This document shows, one piece after another, positions 14,181-25,662 of a DNA stretch of 64,000 nucleotides (within the stretch, counting starts at the first letter, position 1; the number at the start of each line of letters is the position of its first letter). The stretch comes from Psilocybe cubensis (taxonomy: Eukaryota). A program made the translations under genes and the position numbers. The notes beneath the pieces are model-generated. The model had not been told where the DNA came from. It made no database searches and saw only the letters and a list, made by a program, of their open reading frames with translations. The DNA lies in the NCBI GenBank assembly GCA_017499595.2, contig CM038999.1, positions 4,154,001 to 4,218,000 on the forward strand, in the 5' to 3' direction.

Positions 14181-14899
14181 CAGTCATTCACATAAACGGA
14201 ATACGGTCAAAAGAATTATCACGGCCTCCTACAGCCCAGGGCAATGGGTCATTCCCCTGCCACTCTCCACAGCTTCCCCATCCCTTCCACACCCGCATAT
14301 AATATCGCCTCCGTCGACCACTCGATTACGCTTAGCCTAGATGAGCCACGCTACGTTTGAAAATGGACATTCATGGCGTTGAGCGGTCCGTTCGAGGCAC
14401 TTTTGTCTTCTTAGCACGGAATATGGGTTACGAATTTCGATATTAGTAGAGCTCATGAGGTAGCTGTGCTTCACGTACCACGACACGAAGCAGGGGATAC
14501 CATGAATATACTCTCCCTCGCACTCCCTCACCTTCCCATCTTATCCAACTCATACTCATCCCAGTGAACAGATTTTTCGCGGCAGAAAAGCGCTCGGAGC
14601 AGCATATAAGAAGGAACACAATGTGAACGATATGCAGCGCGTCTGTCGTGAGTAGTGTGTGTGAAAGGATAGCAAAAGCTGGTCATGTCGTGGAGGAAAG
14701 AGGCGAGGCGAGGCGTGCGGGAGTCAATGGATCATACAGAGATGGCATTCTTGACAGGCGGACGATGAAATCAGAGACGAGCAAGTGAGTTTGTGACACA
14801 GCGTTAACGCAACGCTCACCTTAAAGCTTGAAGGGCCATGTTTCTTGCGGCACGCCATTTTCAGTACTTCCTGTTCAAATTGTCGACATCAAAACACGA

Positions 14900-15600
14900 T
14901 ACTACGAATCTATGGAACAAAAGGATAAAATGACGTGACATGTAGGAACGCGGGTACCTAAACGAGCAAAATGGACGTTGGGGAGGGATAGCGAATATGG
15001 AAAGAGGGAGGAAGATATTGGGGTAAGATACGCAGTGAGAGGACGTACCATTCTGTCTAATGAGCGAGCATTGTAATGAAGGTGGTTGGTTTGAGGGCGG
15101 GATGGAGTCTGGGTGATAACGAAACCGATATGAATGGTTGATGCGAGTGACAGTGTTGGGGCGTCGTCAGGTGTTGGTGAGAGTGGGTGACGAAAGGGTG
15201 CGAGTAAAGAGGGGATGTACGTCAGTAAGAAATCGGAAACGAGTTTGAGTGCAAAGAGGGAAGCTGGAAGGAGTGACATACAGACCTAGTCCAATGGCAT
15301 CCAGCCATCTGGCACCTGAGTTGTCGAATTGCGGTGTGGATGCTTGGGAGAGGTGAGGGCACCTTTTGAGAGAAAGGGGGGAAGGATTGGCATACAGACC
15401 TAGTTCAGCAACATCTAGCTAACCGATTGATTTCATAGAGATTCTAGAATTGCGGTGTAGATGCTGGGGATAGGTGAGGGGATCTTAATGGCATGGTCTT
15501 CGTCTTCATCGTCGTTCAAGGCGGTACGGCCAAGTCCAGTCGATCAACTCGCGGAGTTTGAATTTACGTCCCGAGTCTCACCGATGCCTACCCGGTCTAA
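14900..15600 (-). pseudogene. Old importin-beta relic (5' portion)
   Basis: ORF 14902-15279 contains PSRPQTNHLHY...LTPISS, cf. PSRPKTSNYHY...LTPLAS in the importin exon at 57170-57240. Confidence 0.6.
15276..15480 (+). repeat. Degenerate two-copy direct repeat, period ~115 bp
   Basis: catacagacctagt...gaattgcggtgt(g/a)gatgct(t/g)ggga(g/t)aggtgaggg occurs twice. Confidence 0.75.
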
Positions 15601-16686
15601 TCCCCACCTCCTTCGTCTCTCTTCGTCTGTCCCTCCCATAGTGTGATCTATCACTTGACGGTGTCAATCTCAGAAAAACCGCGAGAGAAGTACCTCGCAT
15701 TTATCATCACGAGGGGTGGGAGTTGATATGCGTCGAGAACACCTTCTGCTGATGGTTAATAGCTGCCGATTTCCCCCCATTACTCTCTGGAGTCTCCTCT
15801 CGACTTCTGCCAGTCGCTCCTCCCCTGAACCTTGTACGATGACATTCTAACCCATCATTATGCAGTTTACGTTCTACATCAATTCCGAGGATTCCATTAT
15901 TCAAGGCTCGTATAGAAAATGCGTGCGATCGTCTAAGAATGGCCCATATGTGAAATAAATGCCCGACGCTTCAGCAAGTGTACTACACACTCTACGTAAT
16001 CGCTGACGAATTATAAGCGTGCTGTAAACGTTGACAGAAACTTTCATAGTGGCGTCGAGGGCACGGTATGCATTTGCGATGAGTAAATCGTAAAACTTCA
16101 GTCTCCTGTGCGTGGGATCGCCATTGCGATTTGCTTTCATCTTAAGGCTCGCCCGAGTCCCCTCCTTTGGCCGTTTCGGGTGTTAGGGAAATGAGGTACA
16201 TGTATCACTATGCGCAATAACCACGATATTGGGATCAGATATTTGAGTTCTGATTCTGATTTTTTCGAGTTCATTCAGTTGATCTTGAACCGTAGTTACT
16301 GATGTCATTGATTACTAGTTGTGATGAGAAAGGAAATCGGTTCAGTCTGTCTGCTTTAATAGGTATCGTGTGTGGGATTGTCAGCCACCTTTGGAAGATA
16401 TTTCACGTTCAGGTTCAAAGATCAATGTGGCAAGCTGATCATCGGCATATGTAGGGCATCAAAATGGCCAAAGTCAAACTTTTCATTCTCAAACGGCGCC
16501 AGAGACTGACCTCGCTGGGATGCAGATTAATCACAATCACCACGAATTGTTATTCAGCTCTTGATCTCTTCTCATGAGTTGGTATCTTGTACTTGTTTCT
16601 TTTGATGTTGGAATTCTGATCCTTTTAACCATCTACAATATAAGAAGAAGCTTTTCATACCGCTTGACAACGCTCACGCCTCGCCA

Positions 16687-18557
16687 ATGGAAAATATCCA
16701 AGACCCCTCCATTGTTTCCAAGCTAAACGAGTCCTACAATGGTCTGTTTGCGGGAGGATACCTATCAGTTCTGTCAGTACTAAATATCTCCTTTCCAACG
16801 GAACTCTAACGCGTGCCTTGTATACTCACATTCTACAGACTCTACGGAATAACGTCTCACCAAACATTAATCTATTTTCAACGAAATGCAAAGGATCCCA
16901 TTGCCGTACGCATCTCAGTGCGTATTCCATCATATCGTTTTCCAAAAGCTGCCAAAATTTACACATTGTCGCTAGATTTTTTTAATCTGGTATGTCTAAC
17001 TGCATGATATAACCATGTAGATACGCATTTACCCGTTTTCAACAGGATTTTCAACACAATTACCGCCCTATTTGGCGGTATTGGAATTTTTAAAATAATT
17101 CAGCGGGGTATGTCACAGGGTCCTATTAGTTTTTTTCTTGAAATATATCCGTGGTGAGTGTCCGTTTCTCTCCTGATACACAGAGAGGATATAGATTCTG
17201 GTCGTTCAGGGAGATGTCTGTGAGTTCCTGAATATAATCACATCTGCAAAATCTCAAAAGCGTCATAGGTCTCTTTATATACATGGGTATGACTGAACTG
17301 GTTGGCGTCGAGTTCACTAATTTACGAGCTTTTAGGCATTAAGCGATAGCATTGTCAGAGGGTGATATTAGCTGGTTAATCTGTGATGAATGTCACTCAC
17401 ATGTACGCCCCTCAGGTTATATATATATCGAATCTGGAGACGTATGTTCTTCCCGCTCCAATACGTGCACCTTGACCATTCCTATACTTATAGTGAGCCA
17501 TGGAAGCTATCTATTGACCTGTACAGCGGTACGTCCAACTTTCGTATGTCATAACGATTGTATTGCTCATCCACGGACAAGATCATACCCAATGTCGGTG
17601 CTTTGGCTTCTGATCTTTGTGTGTGCTGTCTCCCTCTCTAAATATCTGAAATGCGGTTAAGCTAATAGCACTACTCTAGACCTTGTCACCGTGTTGTAAG
17701 TAGCCGTGAAGCGGGGAGGCTTTTATAAATCGCTTAAAAACGCTGCTTGTTTCCCTTTAGTGGACAATCGAGCGCTCTTCACGATTTTGAGGCCAACGTA
17801 AGAGTACAGTGGTTATGACAATCGATGCTAACACTGCTTCGCGATCACAGGCTCCAATATATACTACGTTTGGTACGGTGCTGGTAGCTGACTTTGTAAT
17901 CGCAGGATCTCTATGCCTCCTGCTCTGGAGATTACCATCTCCGATTCAAAGGTGCGAGGTACACAGATGTATTCCTTACTACCGTACTCACCCTCTCATA
18001 GGACTACCTCGCTTATCCGAAGATTGATAATCAACACCTTGACAACGGGTCTCTTTACAAGCATACTGGCAGCAGCGGCGTTGGTTCTGGTATGTTTCAT
18101 AACCATTTCGTTCGTGATACTTCCATAAAAATCCAATTTCCGCCTTGCCAGAAAATAAAACTGAACAACACAGGAGCATTCATAGGCGCATATCTAATAC
18201 TAAACAACAGTGCGCAACCCATCCCAAATCCACGTATACTCAAAATCTAATTCCAAGCCATCCTCATCCCTCCATCTCACATGACACTCCTTCTCCGTCC
18301 TCGCAGCCTACTCCTGCGGCCTCCTCGCCTCATTCGATCAGCGTGACAAAATGAGTTCTCAGCGAATTGGCTCCTCAGGGGTCGTCAGTATCCCCCTCGA
18401 TTCTCGTCGTAAAGAGCTTTCCTCGGTGACGGAACCTTCCTCGACGGACACCATTTCGTATAGTCATGCAGATAAAGCAAATGATTTGTTATCTGCATCT
18501 GCACCTGGAAAAAGGCATCATGTTAAGGGTCCCATACCGCATTCAATAGACGTTTAG
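16687..18557 (+). CDS. DUF6534-like multi-pass membrane protein, copy 5 (inverted; multi-exon)
   Basis: MENIQDPSIVSKLNESYNGLFAGGYLSV; LYGITSHQTLIYFQRNAKDPIAVRISV; VADFVIAGSLCLLLWRLPSPIQR; LIINTLTTGLFTSILAAAALVL; YSCGLLASFDQRDKM. Confidence 0.8.
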
Positions 18558-18712
18558 ACGGCATGAAGCCCACGTTTATAGATTTTTACATATATAACCT
18601 CCTGCTTAGAAACCGAAAATCATACTAATACTACGAAATGGGCAACAATATGTAATAGTTGATTGGGAATAGCAATAAATATGCAAGAGGACATCGGAAT
18701 ATAACATCTATA

Positions 18713-20545
18713 TTAGCTGTATTCAGGAGGTTGAGTTGACATGGTGAGCCCTGTCAAACTTCGATGAAGTGCATTGGTGGCAGGTCGCGTCATGTGTGTA
18801 GCTGCTGATGTCGGAATTGCCGAGGATCCCGTCGTTTCTGGACATGTCCGTTCATGGATATTAGGCACCAACCCTATAGGGAACGGGGCTGGGGTTAAGA
18901 CGTGTTCTGCACCATTCTCGTTGTTTGTAGAGATGGCGCCTCCGGGTGTACCTCGAACGTGCTTCGGAGGCCAAGATCGCCGTTTGATAAGTTCATATTG
19001 ATCATCAGATTTCTCATTCAATCCAAGTTGCTTAATCTTGCGGCGATAGTGTCGGGCTACGAATATAGAGAAAAAAATTGCAAGAACTGCAACCAGGGAG
19101 GATATTGCCAAACCCGCGATCACGCCCGAAGATAATGGATGCCTGAGAATAGATACCGGTGTGTATAAGAGAGGGCCAGAGGTGGTGGTAGGGTGTATTA
19201 GATTTAATATGTACCCATACCTTGTCTGCGTTACCGCATGGGTCGATTGGTTCACTGCTGAAAACATATTTTCAGGTCTGATAAACCATGATACACTCTG
19301 GCAACATACTCATACCTGGCTCCGTGCCCAGAAATCTGTAACAAACGCTAGTTAGTTCGCACCTATGTTTTTAGAAAAGGACAATTCCTCACGTTCCCCC
19401 TAAAGAAGGTGTTGTGTAAACATTGATATAATCTATAGCAAGCTCTCCAACTGATTGTGCCTCCAACTCCATAATCAAAGTATGCTCCAAGCTAGACCCC
19501 AAATTCGCAGCAAAGAATAAAACTTGTTGTGGACGGTAAACCTGCTTCTGCGCCGACAAAGATTGCTGGGTATTATTGTCAACGTTTGCTGTGTAGGAGT
19601 TTGACGATGTCTTGCTGACAGGCCCAAGACTGCAATTGCATCTCCTGTGTCGTGTGGGTGAGCTACATCACAATGGGAGCACACATATGTGTGACTAGAA
19701 CTGTTTCATACCCTTTGAGGTTGTACAAGGTTTAATCCAAATGTTAATCATTTGGAAACATATGTTGCAAGTATAAATGATTCACAGACCTTAAACTGGA
19801 ATTCTAGCCTGGAACCTGGTAGCGTTGATGCGCTACAGTTATGGTTAATCAGCGCAAGCTAATAGATAAGGATAATCAACATCGCTGACGTACTGGCCTG
19901 AACCACCGCTAAATTTCCCAATATTATGTGGCGCTCCCCAAGAAGAGGGTGGTGTATATTTGAGAGCTGGGTGCGTGTCCTGGTAGGTGTTGACAATGAG
20001 CTGCTCATTATCAGTGCCTACAGACGATTGAAAATAAACCTATATCAAAATATGGTTTATAAAGGGATAAATCAAATAAACAAAAAGTAGGACTAACATA
20101 ATCGATGTCAAAATAAGTGTTATTATCGTTGGTAATGGTGACTGTATGATGTCCCAGCTTTGCACCTGGAGCTGTACTGCTAAACAGAGACACGTTGAAT
20201 TGCTCGGGGTTTGCTTGCCCATGCAATGGGCCTGAGTTTACTCCATCGCTCGCACCATGGTAGGGACCATGATTTGAGCGTTTAGCGCCAACCACGCTCA
20301 TGGAGGTGCCGTAGAAAGAAAAAAACACTGTTGCCCCCGTTCGGTTGGTGAGGGTAAACGTGTTATCTGAGTATCTGTATGTGCAAATAAGCGGGTTTTT
20401 TCTACGCATTTGACTTGACAATACTGTCTATTTAACAAACTCACCGGTCCTCAGATGCATCCGCAGATACTCCAGGTATCCAGTCTCCATTAGAGTAACG
20501 AATCATCGGAGAGGTGTCCTCTAACAGCATGGTAAACGACGGCAT
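18713..20545 (-). CDS. Single-pass membrane protein with two extracellular beta-rich repeats and a C-terminal PPxY motif; apparent frameshift
   Basis: MPSFTMLLEDTSPMIRYSNGDW; FSFYGTSMSVVG...HTVTITN...YFDIDYV; second repeat ending LAIDYINV; TM segment GVIAGLAISSLVAVLAIFFSIFV followed by ARHYRRK; ends PPEYS. Confidence 0.7.
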
Positions 20546-20949
20546 TATTTATGAAGGGAAATAGTGAAAAACTAGACGGGATTTAGAAAAAATTTACGGG
20601 AGAAATTTGAAGAGGGCGATGGCTTTAATAGCCAAACGATATAAATTTACTTGTTGCCGAGGCAGCCGGGAAGCCGGATTCCAAGTAATGAGTCGGCCAG
20701 TACAATTTTATGAGATGTTTATCAACTTCCAACTACCTTCATAAATGTTACACCTCAATACTACTTAATTTATTGCGAAATAAGAGAGGATGGAAACTTG
20801 TGCAAGGACCTTTCAAACGTTCTTTGGCTACTAGCTTCCAAGGTTCTACCTTTTGACTCGAATAGCTGACCATTTAGACAGATCATGGTAGCTGTGAATG
20901 CACCGTGAGAACAGCCACAGGCCGGAGTTGATAGTATCCAATTGACCCA

Positions 20950-22990
20950 TCACTCGTTGCGTATGAGCGCTCTGGAATCTGATTTGATGCTCCACTTGAA
21001 ATTGATAACTGTGCTCACCATAAAATGTCTTAACGGGTTCTGCTTAAAATATTGGGAGGCTGTTAATTCACATCTGGAGTCAAAATATGAAGAAGTTTCT
21101 AGATACTATACCTCAGTCCGCATCCATGCATACGTGTTCGCTAACAATGAGGTCTCGAATGTCATTACAGTATCTATAGTACACAATTTAGTACACAGAA
21201 GATTTGAGGAAGTTTAAAATGGCCCCATAATGCGCAATCCAGCTTTCAAGGAAACAGGGTGTAAGAAAAGAATACCGCAAAATAGGCATAGCTGTGTCAC
21301 GCGGTTAGCCGCCCCCTCCACCTTACCCAACACAGTCAATGAGGAAATAACTTGAGCAAGGGTGGACATGTTTACCATGACTGTGAGAATACCGGTCGTC
21401 CTTTCATAGAACATGAACGACTTACTACAGACGCTGTTCTATGTAGGCATCACTGCATCTGTAAATCATTTTGGTCCAACTAGGTTGATATTTGACCTAC
21501 CTGTGAGCGCTTTATCCACAAATACGCTACTCAGTATCCAGAAACAACTAAATTTGGGTATCCCGATGAAGATTTCGTATATTTACAATCCCAAACATCC
21601 AGCAAAGCATCAATTTACCCATCACAAGTTATACATTCCAACCTTCCTACCGCAGGAGTTCATGGTGACAAAATTGCCAATGTTCAGCCCCCGTCGTCAC
21701 CGCACATAATAACAGCGACTTCCGAAGGAATGTTGTTCATTGATATGTGGGAATCAAATACCGACAGAAATACACCATTGTTCACTCGCATACAAGTAAC
21801 TTGAGTGCGCTCCATTGGTAAAAATGCGCATATACCCATGTTGGGACTTTCATTTACACTGTCATATCATTTTCCCTTCCTCAGCACCAACCGAGACTGT
21901 CACCAAAGACATCGACGTCGTCCCAGAATCTTAAAATTGTTGGGAACGACATGTGTGAGAATGCGACCCGAGAAACGTAGAAATTGATAGAATGAGTTCT
22001 TGCGAGTGGCGCGAGCGGGAGTGCAGATAGAGATGCATGTGACTGGTGAACTAATAATCAGTGAAGGGAAGAGAATGGACTGATTAAGACTTAGTGACAG
22101 GAGGGACCATGGACTATACGAGATGTATGCCATTCGCTCAGCAAAGGAGCTGACCTTTGCAATGAAGGAACTTAACTTCATCCTTTACCGAGCGCATCCC
22201 AGAACTTCATTCCGCAATTTGAACATGGTGAAGCTGCGTGAATCAGACCTGAGACGATAGAGCTCAACCGGAGTAGGTGTCCGTGTGCCTACTGGGGAGA
22301 TGTCGGCGAGATCCTGGAATGCTCCAAAGTAGGGAGAGCATGAATGGAAGGTTACATGGATTGTAGGTAGTAGGCAAGAAATAGAGCACGCTTTATAATT
22401 TTTGAGGCCCCGGGAAGCTCCCCTAGGGGCGTATCGACTTTTCGCGGATTTGAGACCTAAAAAAATAGCATTTTACTGTCCGTTTCTCGCGGATTTGAGA
22501 GGTCCGGAGGCCTACCTTTGACCGGGGCACTGCGGATTTGAGGAGAAGAATCTGCATGGGCGGCTGGTCTGGCCGGCAAATAGGGCGCGCTGCCAAATAT
22601 GGACAAAAATTAGTTTCCTTGTGAGGACATAAACGTTTCTGACTGCCAAAAACAAAAGAACTGTGAAAAAGACTGCTTGAAAAAAGCTGTAGAATTTTTT
22701 GCGCCTTTTTTTTGCTCCTTTGACTCCGTCCGAGGGTGAGAAAAATACCTAAATAGGAAGGTCTTGGCAAAATGACCGTCCGGTTTCGCGGATTGGAGAC
22801 CCAAAATCTCGCGGATTTCAGACAAATATTTTGGGTCCGGCGGGGATACGCCTGTAGGGGAGCTTCCCGGGGCCTAATTTTTGATAGACATCTTATATAT
22901 CATCAGTTTTCCGTGTGGCCGATTTTGCGAAGTTCATGATGTCGTTCTTTTTGCGTTCGTCACCAAGTTCCATCATGCGGAGTTTGAATA
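20950..22990 (-). pseudogene. Decayed importin-beta relic, interrupted by a MITE
   Basis: catcgacgtcgtcccagaatc (~21910) cf. agtcggcgtcggcccacaatc (~57078); gcgcgagcggg (~22010) cf. ctcgcgagcggg (~57175); shared GCGGAGTTTGAA block at 22977. Confidence 0.45.
22405..22875. mobile_element. MITE copy A (~470 bp)
   Basis: TIR aggccccgggaagctccccta...taggggagcttcccggggcct; flanked by direct repeat AATTTTTG; second copy at 44960-45431. Confidence 0.95.
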
Positions 22991-23212
22991 TGACGCCATT
23001 CGGACCGTTACTCGTGGGGACGAATGGAATGAGAATACACTTCTTTCTGGTCCTCCGTCACAAGAGGGAGTAATACAGGCATGATACAGAGTGTTCCTAC
23101 TAGTATTTCGGTCATTGTGTGAAAAAAATGGGTTATGGTGAAGGGATTCCCCTTCCATGAGCCTCTTGAACATGTAATGTGTTTAATTTACACCTTTATG
23201 TCCAGCTCCGCA

Positions 23213-25205
23213 TCAACAGTCGGATTGATCATCCTGGGTCTCCTTCACAACTTTGATCTCAACCGTCCCCTCAACGAAATGATTTGTAATTAATTCTAAA
23301 TCAGGATTCAAACTGGAAACGGAAACTTACATACGGCAGTGCATCATGGTCTTTTGACATCTCAGTGTGGGTTGTCTGTGTCTGCTCAACTTTAACCTGA
23401 AGGTTCTCGACTTTATCCGGTGGCGTAGAAGAAGAGGTTTCTGTCGAGGTTGCATCTTTTCGATAATGTTCTAAAGGGAAAGCGATACCTCCCCTGTATC
23501 CTGCCGATTGAAATCGTATTTTTTCACGTCGATCAAGAGATGCAAGTAGGCCGAATGTATATGCTGAAGATAGGTGTGCACAAGGGGATAGGTGCAACGT
23601 CGAGTTAGAATTTGGTTGCTTAGAGCAATAAAAAGTACTTGCTATTGTTAAGGACAAAAAATGCACCCATGTATGCTGCACTATCTTTCATGACTATTTT
23701 CTAGAGATACCAATCAGTATGTAAATATCAAGGTATGCCAAAAGTTTGTAAAACAACTCACCAGTATCAAAGTAACAGCGGCTATCAGGTTTGAAAACAT
23801 CCCCGTTGTCAGAGTATAAAAAATCAACGTTTTGATGATTGAAGATGATCTATTGGGATGTTGAAGAGAGATTCAGCAATTTCTTGATGTATTACACACC
23901 GTGGAATGTGAGATCGTTCCCTCCAAAGGAGGATACATAGGGAACCCGCATTAACCGAGTCTGCTATCAATATTGAAATAAGGATGGCAAAAACCGGGGC
24001 CTGTAATTACGGTAAATAGATGACAAGTACAAGGTTTTTTGAGGGACAATAAGCACCTACGTTTGTTTTTAGGTTGTAGAAGGCAGTATGCTGAGAGCTA
24101 TAGAAAATATGTACCGGATCAAGAGGCGCACGATATTTGATCACTTGGTTAGTATACTTACAATACAGTTATGACATCTAGAGGATTTCATTTTCACATA
24201 AGCAAGCGAAGAAAAATAATTACACTTGGATCACCTACAGAGTGTTGAAGAGAAAGCAACAAGACTAGGCATAACCTTATTATGACTTGGTCAGTATAGT
24301 GCAGCTTCCTCATAGTGCAGAGCTTCATCATACCGCCACACACGTCAGTACCATGTTTCTGTGGCTGACTATCAACATTATTCAATAGTTAGTCAAGAAA
24401 CTGGTATATCATATAGTGACATACGCCTCCAGACTCGATATATGTATAATCTAGAATCATGTATAAAAATATTTGAGTCATTTGATTCAGCAATGAAGCT
24501 GTACATACCCTCTGACAATGGCTGCGTTGAATGCCTAAATAATCTTTAACGCGACACAAATATCGAGTACTATAATTTAAATAATACCCATGCATAGAGA
24601 GCAGCCTGTCACAATATTGAAAGATAGAATTTAGCCTTGTGTAAACACGAGAGACGAGAGGAATGCACCGTCAACTCCCTATGAAGATGAAATTAAGTAT
24701 CAACCACTCAGCAAAATTCAGGTTGGCAAGGCGACTTTCCAGAAATATTTGTCATAAAACAGGCTGAGTGCACCATCCGCCATAGACCGCTCAATGATCT
24801 TGTAAAACGCGATTCCTCCAAAAACGGCTGTGCCTGTGTTCAAGAGCCTGTTAACAGAAAGGCTTAGTCAACCTAGAGAACAAGATTGGGACACTAGATA
24901 TACCACATCGACAGGATCTAATATCAAAGTTCAAGCTCTAGTCTTTGCACGGTGTCATATGGTTATAAACAGTGGGACACGTACCAGGAAACGAATAAGC
25001 TGGGGATCTCTAGCTTCTTGCTGAAAGTAAATCAGCGTCTGGTGGGACGTTAAGCCATACAGCCTATAGAATGCATTAGGATCAGCCACACGACGGAGAT
25101 ATCAGCGATTGAAACTGACATGACTGCGATGTAGGACCCCGCAAACAGACCATTATACGATTGGTTAAGTTCTATAAGGATGTTAGGGTCTGCGAGTCCA
25201 GTCAT
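23213..25205 (-). CDS. DUF6534-like multi-pass membrane protein, copy 6 (multi-exon)
   Basis: MTGLADPNILIELNQSYNGLFAGSYIAV; LYGLTSHQTLIYFQQEARDPQLIRFLV; YTFGLLASLDRREKIR; last exon GTVEIKVVKETQDDQSDC*. Confidence 0.8.
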
Positions 25206-25662
25206 TGGTGAGTAATGACAAAAGTGTAGAGTCCTATTAACCAGGGAACCAACGCATCTTATGTATTAGAAGCTATACTAACTTTAGAGTATCAGCGCAT
25301 ATATAAGAAGTAAACTGGAATTCTGATCAGACCTGACGGTGGAATGGGGAAAAATTCTACATCACGTTTTCCATGATCCCCGACATCAGTAAAACTACAC
25401 CCCCACTTTCGGGCACTTTCATTGCTTTCTAAAGTGATGAAAGTGCCGAAAGTGCGAAAGTGTTTGGGCTTGCTGCAAGCCAGACCCCATTTCCATGCAC
25501 AAGTGGTTTGATCTTTCGAAAGACCGAAAAGTGGCAAAAGTGTGCCCAAAAGATACCACACTATGAGTAAGCTATACATCTTAAGGAAAGCTTTTAAGAT
25601 CTTTCATGACGACAATTTTTTTTCAAAAGTATGAATTTGAGTCGCTTAAACTAGTTAGTAAT

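Noticed and set aside
25430-25545. Short spaced repeats as a CRISPR-like array
   Set aside because: Units are only ~6 bp with no spacers; eukaryotic context; explained as transposon subterminal repeats
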